Made by a program: the position numbers and the translations under genes
Source of the DNA: the human T2T-CHM13v2.0 reference genome, Homo sapiens
Strand: one strand, 5' to 3'
NCBI RefSeq assembly: GCF_009914755.1
Contig: NC_060938.1
DNA: 64,000 nucleotides
Part shown: positions 35,641 to 48,730 of the stretch, piece after piece
Numbering within the stretch: position 1 is the stretch's first letter
How the letters are laid out: every line of letters begins with the position of its first letter
The notes under the pieces: generated by a model
Databases searched by the model: none
Told to the model about the DNA's origin: nothing
What the model saw: only the letters and a program-made list of their open reading frames with translations

Positions 35641-38600
35641 GCCAATGGATTTGGCTCCAATGGGGATGGCACGGACAGGGGTAGGATGATGTGTGCACAG
35701 TGCAGCCTCCCGTCGGGTCCACGGCCAGGCTCTGCTCCCACCAGCTGTGTGGACTCAACATGGAGCCTGGGAAATAGAAAAAGGCCTGTGAAGTGCCCGG
35801 AGCCAGCGGCACAGGGTGGGGGCACCAGGAGCTGCTGCCTGGTCCTCTCTAGGGCAGTGACTATTTGCTGCCATTGCCACGGGGATTTATCGGGGCCCCT
35901 CCATGTCCAGGCGTGGGCAGGTATCCGTGTCACCCCGTGTTACAGACCAGGAAGGCCAGGTCCAGGGCAGGCCGGCCTGTGCAAGGCTGACGGGAGGAAG
36001 GAGAGCCAGGCCTCTCCCTGCCTCGCCTCGCAGCAGAGCCCTGGGTCTGGGCAGGAGGACGGGCGGCCACAAGGAGGGCCAGACCCACCCTGGGGCCACA
36101 CTGGGTTGCGTCTGCCCCTGGGGTGAGCCTGGTGGAGCCGGAGGGGCACTGCAGAGGGGCAGAGGGGTCTCCTCGCACTCGGCATGGACTCTGCCCCTGC
36201 TCCTGAGACTGGTTGGCCTTGAGGGCTCCTCCGGGAGCCTGGTGCCCTCACTCTTCAGAACAGCTCAGCACCCACAGCCTGGCCAGCTGGAGCAGCTGGG
36301 TGGTGGTTCAGATGGGATGGTGGGGTCAGTGGGACAGGCTCTGGCTTCTGGGGGCAAGGAATGAGCTGGAGGCAGGGGAAAAGGAAGGGGCTGGGCGTTG
36401 GGCGGGCTGGCACATGGGATGTGCCTGCTGAGGCCTGTGGGCAGGTCTTGGTCTGGGGACAGCCCTGCCCCTGTGTGTACCTGGCTCCCTGCTCCAGGCA
36501 GCTCCCCAATCTCAGGCTCAGCTACCCGGGGCCCTCTGCCCTCGTCTTTCTGCCCAGCTCTTGGGGGCTGTCCTGCTTCTGTCTCCCAAGGGCCTCACCC
36601 AGAGCTGAGGCAGGGGTGGGGATGCCCCCTGCCTGTGGCTGGTTGGCCTGCTCTCTCTCCTGCTCCCTTTGCTGTGAGCTGGGTGAGGAGGGGGCTCCGC
36701 CGCACTTGAGAGCTTCTAGCAGCAGCGCACCAGGCACAGGCATCGTGGCGTCGGGTGGCAATACATGGGGTGTGAACATAGAGCCGGGGCAGGTTGAGCA
36801 GACTCGCAAATGAGCTCCCAGCCCCCAGGGAGGCCTTGTGGGAGACCCCAGCCCACTCCCAGGGACCTACCCCAGTGCACCCCTGGGGAAATCAAGGCCG
36901 GGGTGGTCTCCTCTCGCAAGGCTGCTCAGCCCTCTCCTCCCCAACCACCGAGGCCTCTGCTGGGCGAGATCTCACAGCCTTCAAAGGCAGAGCCCTGGTG
37001 CCCTTCTCTTGGCATCTGTGCCCACTTCTCGGCCCCCACCCCGGCCACTCCCCCCCACCCTGTGGATGTGTCTTTCATCTGTCCCTTTGTGGCCCTCAGC
37101 CCTGTCCTCCTCCCTGCACTCTCCCTGGGCCACCTGCCCCTGCCCTGGGGCTTCACGTCCCCCTGGGCCACCTTGGCCCCCAGACCCCATCCCTGTGCCC
37201 CACATCTGCAGTTCCATCGTTTCTCTGGTATCTGCCCCATGTCCCTCCGGCCCCCAGATCTCTCAGACTTGTTCTCCCCTGTGCACCCCTCCTGGGGGCC
37301 CTGTTTCATCCTCTTCCGGAACCGGGGCATCAACTTGGGTTCCCTCCTCACCCTCAGTGCCTCCACCCAGCCCCAGTGCCATGGCAGGGTCGGGACCCTC
37401 AAGCTCTCAGGGCTGGTCCAGGAAGAGCCTCTGTCCAGGTGACCTGGGCACAGGGGGAGCATGGCAGTGGCGGGGGCAGGTGGGAAGGGATTGGCTTAAA
37501 ATGCAGCATTCACTTAAAAACACAAAGAACATTTGTTCACCATGAAGTCAGGTCCTGCTCTGGTTGGTCTGTTTTTGGTTTTTACCTGGTTTTTTGGTAA
37601 TTACCTGGTTTGCTTTGAGCTGCTTCCAGGCATCAGCCAGCCCCATATCCTGGTGGGGTTTCCTGGGGCCCCATTTATGCTCCCTTGGAAGTACCAGAGG
37701 GTCTTCTTTTCTCTTAAAGAAACAAATATTTGCACAGTTCAGCGCTGGGAAGGCCTCTGGCCGAGGTGGCCCGCGCACCCTGAGCCATGAGGGGTCAGGG
37801 CTGGGCAGAGGGGAGGGGGTGGATGAACGGCTTCTGCAGAGACAGTCTTGGCTCCACAATCTCCTCAGCTCAGGAGTGTGGATGTGCCATCCTGGAGCAG
37901 GTGCCTGTCTCTCCATGGTCCTGGCTGGGTGCCGTGGGTTCCGGACGGCAGGGCACCTGCCCATCCAGGGCTCCAGAGCAGCGAGGCTAGGCTGGGCCTT
38001 CAGCTCTGTCCTTGCTGGGCAGCGATTTCCTCTTCTGGACAATGGGGAGAGCTGTCCCTCGTCCTGGAGGGTGAAGTGGGTGGTGTGCGTGATGATCCCC
38101 GGTGCCCAGCACATGGTGGGCTCAGTGAAGCCAGACTTTTCTAGTTCTTCTTTAGTTCCCTAGACCTAAGCTCTCAGCTCGTGCTGTGTCAGGGCTGTGT
38201 TGAGGGAGGGAAGTCAGGTGTAGACTGAAGCTCTTAAGACTCTTAAGAGCTTCTACGGTCCAGGGTGTCACCTACGGTCCAGCAGGTGACTGATGGTCTA
38301 GCAGACGATTAGGCCAGTAGAGAGGCAGAGAAAGTGCGGGGGACTCAGAGGAAGGGAAGTGCTTCCATCTGGGCCAGGGGTGGTTAGGGAAGACTTCCCG
38401 GAAGAGGAGGTGCTTAGGGGAACCTGGAAGGGCAGAGAGAACCAGAGATGCAGGGGTGAGGGTCCTTCTGGCAGGTGTCTGTTTCAGGGGATGTCTGTGT
38501 TCGGTGAGGCCAGGGCTGAGCTCTACTGTTGGCTGAGCTGTGGGGGCGGCCAGGCAGGGCCCAGCATGCCAGGCTGAGGATGGGGCCAAGGGGGGCACGG

Positions 38601-41069
38601 CATGCTGGCCCCCCTGCTTGGTGTTCACTCTTGGGGACTGGACAGTGGTCCTTTCAACGAGCCCCCTCGCAGTCCCTGCCCTGGGGTCTCTCCATAGACC
38701 ACTCTGCACACGCAGACCCTCCTGCTAGCGGACCGGGCCACAGCGAGGAGTGAAGACCCTGTGCAGAGTTCTCGTGCGGCCAAGGACAGCAGCCCACCTG
38801 AGACAGGTGCCCTGTAGTAGTGGCGGGAGTCAGAGACACCCCAGGGACAGCAGCAGGGGCTGCTTGCGGTTTGGAAGTCCCACCTGTGCCCAGACCACCA
38901 GCAGGGTCTCTCCTTCCCAAACCACCCCCTTTCCAATTCTGGGGGCGTCAGAGACTGCTGGGGGCATGGGGTGAGGCAGGGAAGGGTGGTGCGGGAGGCT
39001 GAGTGGGAGGGAGAGGGTGGGATGAGGCCCTGCATGCTGGACAGGACTCTGATGCATCACCCATCCCAGGGAATCTGAGTCTGAAACACAGAAAGGACCC
39101 ACAGCCATTGGGTGTCCCCGGGCCTTAGCTTGCTGGGCCCAGGGCAGGCCGGGCTGCTTCTTGCCCGGGGAACTCAGCAGACCCCTGGATCGCTCCGGGG
39201 TGGGTGAGAGGCTGTGGAGGGAACCCTGTCCTGGCCGGCTGACCTCACAGCCCTCTCCTGCAGACGGGGCAGTCGAGGAGTAAAAGAATGAAAAGCAGTC
39301 AAACAGCCCCAGGAGACGCAGGTGAGGCTGGGCGACGAGCGGAAGCTGGAGATGGGGCCGCATGGTGGGCAGCAGCAGGGCAGGCTTGTGGGGTGAAGGA
39401 GGCTGGGGCATCCGGCATGGCAGAGGCAGCTTGAGTTTGGCGGAAGGGTGAGGCGTGGGGCCTGGGCCCACAGGAGGCCAGCGTGGTTTGGGGGCCTGGT
39501 TGGGTCTGAGATGCTTTGGGTGGTCCGGGGGACGTGTCCCATAGGCAGCTCCAGGTGGAAGCTTTGGGCTGAGGCAGAGGCTGCCTATGCACTCACCAGC
39601 TCGTTAATTCATCCTTCATTCTTGCCGGGAGCTGTTGGGGAGGCCATGCTGGGGGCCGGCTCCTGCTGGCTGACAGGAGCCAGTTGTTCCACAGATTTGT
39701 CATTCAATAGTGTAGAATCAGATCATGTCCTCGTTCTCGCCACGGCGCGGAAAGCTAACAAGAGTCAGCCCGGCTGCAATCTGCAGTGCTGGCGGTTCCC
39801 GTTGAATGAGTGAAATTGGTGTGAGGGTGAGATAGGCGGTCGTTGAACAGAGAGCACACATCAGACCTCACGACAATGAGCTTCTTGGGAAAAGAGACCT
39901 GGCTTCCTTTGTTGACTCGCGGGAGTGGCAGCTGCGGGGCTGGCTGGAAATGAGAGCAGAGCCAAGGAGCCTTCAGGGCTCAGACTTCACCAGGGAGAGT
40001 TGTGTATCTGTTTGTGTTATTTCTAAACTGTGTGTACAGGTCTTTCATGGCGGTAACATGTATAATCAACGTGCATTCGCATACACAAGCATCTGTTCTT
40101 TTCTCTGAGCCAGTTGTTAAAACATTTACCAGCACCGCTGTGGGGGCTGGGGAGAAGGTGCTTTGGAGGGGGGTGGGTGGGACACCTTAGGGTGGGGAGA
40201 GGGTGTGTAGGATGAGCCCAGGTAGAGAAAGAGAAGGCAAGGGCAGGGGAGGTGGTGTCTAAATTAGGGCAGAGCTTACCAAGGACAGGCCAAGGCAAGG
40301 AAGGGGGAAGGTGGCCGTGGTCATGGCTGGGCGGGAAGGAGGGTGCAGGAGGCGGGGCCGTGGTGCCGGGCTAGAAGGAGGCAGCCACGGGGTTCTGGTC
40401 TACTGACTTTCATTTCCTTTTCTTTCTTGAAGCGTGTTCCGGGCAGTCCATCCACCCCCCATTTCTGCCTTTGCTTGTCCCGTGCCCACAGGTGCCCCTG
40501 ACAAGAACCTGGTGTGAGTGGGGTGTCTGCAGTTAGCTTGCAGCCAGGACGAAACATGAATGCACTTGTGGGTCTGCGAGCGAAGCTGGTGATGTTCTCT
40601 GCCAGGCAGCGGCTCCCTGGTCTCCTTCCAAGGTTGGGCAGACATCGCCTGCCTGGAGCTGGGCCAGAGGCTGAGAAAGGCAAGGGAGGGTCTCAGCCCC
40701 CAGCTCACTGCAGGAACTTGTTGCACCCATGGGGACTGAGAGGCAGGGCTGGGTCAAGGACCAGGGCCTGGTGGAGAGGTGGGGGCCTGGCTGCCCCAGC
40801 CCTGCTCAGACATGCTGTTAGGCCTTGGGAGAGCCCCTTCCCCTCTCTGGGCCTCACCATCCCCACTGGATGAAGTGGGGGCTGGGATGCTGGCCTTGAG
40901 GTTGATCCCAGTGGTGAGATGGGGTGGAATTGCTGTCCTCACGACTCCACCAACCCACCATTCCCTGTCCACTGTTTTATTATTCACTTGATAAATATCT
41001 ATTCAGTGCCCACTTGATGACAGGAAGTAGTACAAGTATAGTCCTTGCTGTCCTGGGGCCAACCCCCTC

Positions 41070-41875
41070 TCCCATATGCCCATCTATCTACCTATCTCTC
41101 TGTTCATCCTTTCTCTCAGTCTGTCAGTCATTCGCCAATCTATTTTTCATACTCCCATCTATTGCCTCAGCCCTTCTCTCATCTACCCATCCATCCATCC
41201 ATCCATCATCTATCCATATATCCACTCATTATCCATCCATCCACCCATCATCCATCATCCAGGCATCATCCATCATCCATTCATTCATCATCCATTCATT
41301 TATCATCATTCATTCATCCATCTATTATCCATTCATCCATGATTCATCCATCTATCATCCATCTAGCATCCCTCCATCATTCATCCATTCATCATCCATC
41401 TTTCATCTATCCATCCATCTATTCATCGTCTAGCTATTATCTTTCTATCCATCATCCATCCTCTATTCATCAGTTCATCCCATCGTCTACCCATCCTTCT
41501 ATCCATATGTCGTCCATCTATCCGCCATCCATCCACCTATTCATCCATTCATCCATCTATCCATCATCTGTCCATCCATCTACCCATCCATCAACCAGCT
41601 ATCCTCTATTCCTTCATCCACTCACCCATTCATACACTCACCCTTCCTCTCTCCCTCCATTCACCCACCCAGTTACCCATTCCTTCCTTTCTTTCTCTCT
41701 CCTTCTACCCATCCATCTATCCACCCACTTATCCACCTACCTGCTCATCCATCCATCCATCTATCTGTCCATCCATCCATCCATCCATCCCTCTTTCCAT
41801 TCATCCTTCCATTTCTCCCTCCCTTTCTCTCTCCATCCATCCATTTACTCACCCACCTATCCACCCACTTATCCA
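41070..41875. repeat. Degenerate (CCAT/TCAT)n simple repeat
   Basis: Direct reading. Confidence 0.92.
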
Positions 41876-43379
41876 ATGGCAATCAAGACTTGCTTCGTGC
41901 TGGACTCAGGGCTGGGAATGGGGGTGATAGAAATGAGGTAGACCTGGTTCCTGCCCTTGTAGACCTTTTAGCCTTTGGGAGAGGCATCTGTGGACTTCCT
42001 TACTGCTTACAGCATGGGAGATATGCTTGTGATGTCTGCACAGGTTTGGAGGCATTCAGGCCACTTGGGTCTCAACGGAGCCTGAGCTGGGCTGGGCTTG
42101 GCCAGGCTGCTCTGCAGGGGAGGATACCCTGATGGACAGGGCTCCCCTCAGTGGCAGTGACTCTCTAGTTTGCTGTATTGTCTGTTGGGGCTGCATTTGA
42201 GAAGGTGTGTCCTGGAACGTGACCCATCTCCCCGGAGCCCAGCCTAGGTTAGGCTTAGGTGACCCCGAGGGCTTGGAGAGGCCCTGAGAAATGACTCCGT
42301 GGGTCAGGTGAGTATGGAGAGAACTGTACCCAAGGTTGCCCAGGGAGTCCAGCCACTGGCCCCATCCTCTCCCCTGGGAGGCCGATAGCTGCCTGCTGCT
42401 TTCCATTTGGGGCAGATGGACTCTGTCCCCAAAGGACCCTTTGCCAGGTCACCAGAGCTATGGTGGCATCTGCCTCCTGCCTGCTGCAGAGCCCTGCGTA
42501 GAGCTGTCCCCATAAGTGGCATCTGGAGGGCCATGTCTGTTGAGAGGGTGGGATATTGGCATCTGGCAGATCCGAGTCTGGCTCTGACATCTTTGCCGGC
42601 AAGGCCCTCAGCCTTCCTTAGCCTCATTTTTCACATCCATAAAGTGGGAATGGCTGTGCTGGAGTCTGTGTTTAAGCAGCCCCAGGCGGCCTGGAGCACA
42701 TGGCGCATGTGTGCGTCAGAAGGGCTGCCTGGGGGGCTCAGGGAGGCTCTGGTGCTGGGGTGCAGGAAGCTTGGGGACTTGGGCTTAGCAAGTCACTCTT
42801 GGGGGTGCCTCAGGCAACTCTGTTGCTCTCCTAGACCTGTGGGATGGATCCGTGGTGTCTGCACCTGCACCTACATACAAGGATGGCATAGTCCTCCGGA
42901 CCAAACACATTCGATGAGGACACGCTTTTCAGTGAGAGAACAGCAGCAGCAGGAACAAGCATCCGTTATGCAGACCTGCCTGTCCCCGATTCTCCCAGAC
43001 ACGGAGCGGCAGAGGTGTCCTTCTCTTTCTGGCAAGGTTTCAGGGTAGAGGCACGGTGCTCGGGGTCCCACGGCTGGTGGGTGGCCCCTGTGCTTCTCGC
43101 TTTGGGATTTGCTGTCCCCGAGCTGCCCATCATCGTTTTCTGGGTACCTGAGATGCAGTGTGGTGAGTTGGGCGTGGCCTGGACACAGGCTGAGCAGGTC
43201 AGGGCACTGGGAGCTGGCCTGGCACCGGCTGCTGGGCTGGTGACCAACCAACGCAGAACCCTCAGGAAAGAGGTGGGGAGCTGTGCACCAGCTGTCTCGG
43301 GGTGATTTGTGGGGAAGCCGATGTGTGGCTGCGTCCTGAATCACACTGGGGGTGTTGCACACGCCCACCAACAGCCTTG

Positions 43380-43750
43380 TTCCTAAATTATCTTTTATGA
43401 TCGCCAGCAAATCTGCGGGTAGGGGGCATTTGTACCCAAACGAAGCCGTTATTTGTGGTGGCAGACATGGCATTAATTATTGACGCGCCCGGCCACCTCC
43501 AGTTAAAATTCATGGTCCAGCCACTCTGCAAATATTGATTCTGTCCCAAGTTGATGTTTTCCCCTTAACATTATTATAATGAGGGATAAAAATCAAATTG
43601 CCTTCACTGAAACTCAATCATTCTTCCGTGCCATTCCTCATTGATCTTTCTTTCCCCAGGTTTTACCATAAATTATTCTATTCAATTAAGTAAACTCACA
43701 CATAATGGCATTCTGCAAACTGAATAATTTATTGACTATGTTTGGCAAAA
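43380..43750. promoter_or_regulatory. Candidate distal enhancer (AT-rich, homeodomain-motif-rich island)
   Basis: Unique AT-rich sequence in GC-rich surroundings; TTTTATGA, ATTAATTA, TAAATTA x2, CAATTAA, TAATTTATTG. Confidence 0.5.
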
Positions 43751-43994
43751 GGCTGGTTTGGAGTGGGCTGGGGAAGGGAGGGGGCTTGGTCCTCCATGTT
43801 CCCAGGGCTGGTGGGGCTGGGCAGGAGCTGCGGTGGGGGTGAGGGTAGGGGTGGGGGTGGGGCTGGAGGCCGTGGGGGTGTCTGGGCCTGGGGTCCTGGC
43901 GGCCACAGTCAGGAGCTAAGTGTCGTCCCCCTGCCCATCTGCCTACTGTGCAGCCTGGGCCTTGGCCTCATGCCTGATACCAAAATCTGCCTTC

Positions 43995-44276
43995 GTCTGC
44001 TTGGGCCTTCGTAACAAATGCGCAGACGGGGCAGCTGAAACAGCGGACCTTTGTGGCTCACAGTTCTGGAAACTGGAAGTCTGAGCTCAAAGTGCTGGCG
44101 GGTTGCTGTCTGCTGAGGCCTGTCTTCTGGGTGTGCCGACGGTTCCTCCGTGCTGTGTCCTCACGGGGCCTTCCCTCTGTGCACTCATGTGACCCTGGTG
44201 TCCAAATATCTTCTTCGAAGGACACCAGCCAGATTTGATTGGGGCCCATGAACAGCCTCATTTTAATTTAGTCACC
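43995..44276 (-). mobile_element. MaLR LTR (MLT1B-like), partial
   Basis: ctcacagttctggaaactggaagtctgag...gtgtcctcac...aaggacaccagcc...ctcattttaattta is the reverse complement of recalled MLT1 hallmarks. Confidence 0.75.
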
Positions 44277-44343
44277 TTTTTTTTTGAGATGGAGTCTTGC
44301 TCTGTCGCCCAGGCTGGAGTGCAGTGGTGTGATCTCGGCTCAC
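44277..44343 (-). mobile_element. Alu 3'-end fragment (~67 bp)
   Basis: polyT-gagatggagtcttgctctgtcgcccaggctggagtgcagtggtgtgatctcggctcac, then similarity stops abruptly. Confidence 0.92.
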
Positions 44344-46336
44344 AGATGCCGGTGCCCCCACTTCTGGGACAACAGGAAGGCTTTGAGGGTCTGAAGGTCA
44401 CAGGTGCAGGCTCCAGAGCAGGGGCGATGGGCCCCACCCGTAATGCACCCTTCCCCCACCTGCTCTGGGCCCTCCACACCCTTGGGAGAGACCCCTGGGC
44501 CTGCCCGGTTCTGGACGTGCCAATTAGAGCCTCTTAGCAGAGGCCTGGCCAGGCTCGGGCACCTGGGCACCCTCTGTGGATGGGGACGTGGATTAGGGCC
44601 TGTGTCCAGCCTGATCTTGGTGGGGGCATCAGCCGGGAGGTGTTCTGTGTCCTGGCAGCAGGGCCTGTCTGTGCCTGGGGCCTCCAAGTACAGACCCCTC
44701 AGGAAGGAGGCAGAGGGAGTGTGGGGCGCCCCAGGCCTTTGTCTCAGAAAAGCGCCCCAGCTCCGCGGCTGCATTCCAGTTGAGTCTGAGCCTGAGTCCC
44801 ACTCCGGCAGCCACAGTGCACCCAGTGGGTGGGAGGCGTGGCCGGGGCTCGGTGCGGCCCCGTGTGTGACTGGCCGTGGTGGCTGTGGCTTCCTTGCTGC
44901 CACAAGGCCTGGGCTAGAGCTGGCCCCTCCTGGCTGGTGCTGCCGAGGAGCTGCGCTGGGTGCTTCATGGATGGTTACCTCCAGCTGGTCATGCCAGGCA
45001 GGGTGTCCCTCATGGGGTTCCGGCACGTGAGTGGCACCCTGGGGGACTGCTGCAACCAAGGCTGTTGGCACTGCAGGCAGCTGGGCCTGTCTGTGCGCTG
45101 GCCAGGCCCTCCCTGGAAGACCCAGGAGCGGGTTCATCTCAGCCTTCACCTTGGGCTGCAGAGATGAGCACTCCAGGGAGGGGAAACTGAGGCCAAGGGG
45201 CCCAGCAAGTGCAGAGAGGGGGCCTTCTCCAGCCATGGGCCCTGCCACCCCCCACAGGTGCTGCCAGAGACAAGGTGTGGAGCACCCCCGCCACACCCCT
45301 TTTCTGCCTCAGTCCACGTGCCGCCGATACAGGACTCTGCAGGACAGGCCCCAACTGAGGCCCCGGCTGGTCTGTGGTTCCTGCCTGGCCTTGGGTGTCA
45401 CTGAGCTTCAGGGGTGCATCTGTCCTCAGAGAAGCAGGAGGGGAGCCACAGGAGGTGAAGGTGGAGAAAGTGTGCCGAGGCGGTGGAGACTGTGGCTGGT
45501 CCGTCTCCTGCCCTGGACAGAGGGTTCTGGGGGCCTCGCTGACACCAGCCCTGCAGCCCCCAGCCCCACCTGGCCCACCACCTCTTTGCACTAGGGATCT
45601 CTGAGTGATTTTTCTCCCCAGTGAAGAGTGGAAACCAGCTGCTGTTCAGATTTCTTCTCTGAACCGATTCCGTCACTGCTTCCTCCCAGAGCCCAGGCCC
45701 TCTCCCTGGCTGTTACATATTTAGTTTGGACAGAGTCTGGGATGTGTGTAGCTGGTAGAGGGGACACGGATGCAGCTTCCTCTGAGCTGGCTTTGAGGCT
45801 TCCTGGGTGAGTTCAGCGGGCTTCTGAGGTCCCCAAGGCAGAGACGCCTGCCCGCCTTCTGCCAGGCTGGTGGCACAGCTGGCCCTCACCCAGCGGGCAG
45901 CACGTGCGTGGTTTCAGACAGAAGCATGGCAGGTGTGGGGTTTTATGGGGAGCACTTCCGTATCCTCTTCCTGCTGTGCTTGAGCTGTGGGGAGCTGCTG
46001 CTGGCCCTTCACGAGTCTCTGGGCTAAGCCGGGCAGTTCCTCCGCCAGCATGGAGCCGTGCTGGCGACAGCCTGGTGAATGCCAAGCAGCTTGGCGCCCA
46101 GCCCAACTGTTAAGGGTCTCATTTGCATCAGGCAGCCCAGCGCCGGCTTGTCCAGCCCTCCCGATGGCCGTCCTGGGGGTGCTTGGCGTCACCCGCGTGG
46201 AGGCAGATTGTCACGCTCGGCAGCTCCCCAGCTCCGGGGGCTTTTACGACTTGCATCAGGTCCTGCTAATTACAGGGACACATGTGTGCCGGGTGTGCGT
46301 GGGAGTGTGTGTGGGAGCATGCGTGGGATCGTTTAT

Positions 46337-46428
46337 TTGAGCTGGATGAGGACTGACCGACAGCTGATGGTTAGAGGGGGCATTGAGCTGGATGAGGACT
46401 GACCGACAGCTGATGGTTAGAGGGGGCA
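46337..46428. repeat. Perfect 46-bp tandem duplication
   Basis: ttgagctggatgaggactgaccgacagctgatggttagagggggca x2. Confidence 0.97.
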
Positions 46429-47394
46429 GATGGGTCACCTTCCAGCTTAGGGTACTCCTCTCTGTAGGACACGCCTGGAGACAGAGATGGGCAAGGTGCT
46501 TGCGGGCTGCTCCCTGGGTGAGTGTTAGCAAGACAGGAAACCGGGGATGCCCGGGCTTCAGGGAGCACATGGGGTGGGGATGGGGTTACAAGATGCTGCA
46601 CAGATGATGCTGGCAAAAAGGCAAGAGTAACACATGGCATGAGAGAGGGCAGAGAAAGTTCTAGAAAGAGAAAGCAGAGGTTACTTTCAGCTAGGAGAAC
46701 CAGAGAAAGCCTGGAAGAGACGTGCTATGGCTTTGCAAACCCACCCTTGGCCCCTTTGTGCCCAGGAGGCTGTAGGAGGCAGAGGTGCTAACAGGGTCAG
46801 AGGCCAGAGGAGGACAGGGGTGTGTTCCTGTCTCCGCCTCCTTGGCTCCCTCCCTGGCCTCCACGGTCCTGGCTCTCCAGCCCTCCCGACTCCTGCAGGC
46901 TCATCCATGGGGTGCGGGCCCCTTTCCCGTCTGTGCCTGGGTCACAGCCCACCAGAGAGCTCCCATGTCTAAAGCCAGCAGCAGGAGTTTGGGGCTGCAG
47001 GAAGCGCAGCTGTTTTTAGGGATTAGCGAGCATTGCCAGCACCTGCTTGGGTTGTGCTTCCTGGCCATGCCACACCTGGTGGTGGCAGTGGGTGCTGGGG
47101 CCTTTCCATGGGCCCCTTTGTTCTATCCCACAGGGCTGTGGGCAGGAGAGTAGCCAGGACGATGCAGTTTGGTGCATTGAAGCTGCCATCAGAGGAGAGC
47201 TCCTGATGGAAAGTGCTGGGGGTGCCTCGCAGGCTGGCCTCACGGGGCCGCAGCAGGGAGATCATGAGGGAGAAGCTCTCTGTCGTAGTGGGGAGTTCTC
47301 TGGTTAGTCTCTTTCCTCCTTTCATGCCCATCCTTTCTCCCTCCCTTCCTTGCTGCCTTCCTTTATTCCACTGAGCTATCCTATCTTACATTAT

Positions 47395-48199
47395 TCATCT
47401 ACCCATCCATCCATTCATCCATTCATCCATGCATCCATCCATCCATCCATGCATCCATCCATCTATCCATCCATCCATCCATCCATCCATCCATGCATCC
47501 ACCCACCTATCTGTTCATCCATCCATCCATCCATCCATCCATCCATCCATCCATCCATCCATGCATCCATCCACTTATCTCTTCATCCATCTATCCATGC
47601 ATCCATCCATCCATGCATCCATCCACCTGTCTGTTCATCCATCCTTCCATGCAACCATCCATCCATGCATCCATCCATCCATGCATCATCCATCCATCCA
47701 TCCATCCATCCATCCATCCATCCATGCATCCACCCACCTATCTGTTCATCCATCCATCCATCCATACATACATACATACATACATCCACCTATCTCTTCA
47801 TCCATCTGTCCATGCATCTATCCATCCATGCATCCTCCATCCATCCACCCATGCATCCATCCATCCATCCATCCATCCATCCATCCATCCATCCATCTGT
47901 CTATCCATCCATCCATCCATCTATCCATTCATCCATCCATGCATCCATCCACCTATCTGTTCATCCATCCATCCATCCATCCATCCATCCATCCATCCAT
48001 CCATCTATCCATCCATCCATGCATCCACCCACCTATCTGTTCATCCATCCATCCATCCATCCATCCACTTATCTCTTCATCCATCTATCCATGCATCCAT
48101 CCATCCATGCATCCATCCACCTGTCTGTTCATCCATCCTTCCATGCAACCATCCATCCATGCATCCATCCATCCATGCATCCTCCATCCATCCATGCAT

Positions 48200-48230
<31 letters not shown>

Positions 48231-48730
48231 CCATCCATCCATACATACATACATACATGCATACATCCACCTATCTCTTCATCCATCTGTCCATGCATCC
48301 ATCCATCCATGCATCCTCCATCCATCCACCCATGCATCCACCTATCCATCCATCCATCCATCCATCCATCCATCCATCCATCCATCTGTCCATCCATCCA
48401 TCCATCTATCCATTCATCCATCCATGCATCCATCCACCTATCTGTTCATCCATCCTTTCATGCATCCATCCATCCATGCATCCATCCATCCATGCATCCA
48501 TCCACCTATCTGTTCATCCATCCTTCCATGCATCCATCCATCCATGCATCCATCCATCCACCTATCTGTTCATCCATCTTTCCATGCACCCATCCATCCA
48601 TGCATCCATCCACCCATCTGTTCATCCATCCATCCTTGTATCCATCCATCCATGCATCCATCCACCTATCTGTTCATCCATCCATCCATCCATCCATCCA
48701 TCTTTCCTTCCTTTCGTATCCATCCACCTA
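47395..48730. repeat. (CCAT)n-based repeat with higher-order internal duplication, ~1.3 kb
   Basis: Direct reading; rare interruptions (ccttccatgcaacc, catacatacatac) each recur twice. Confidence 0.95.
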
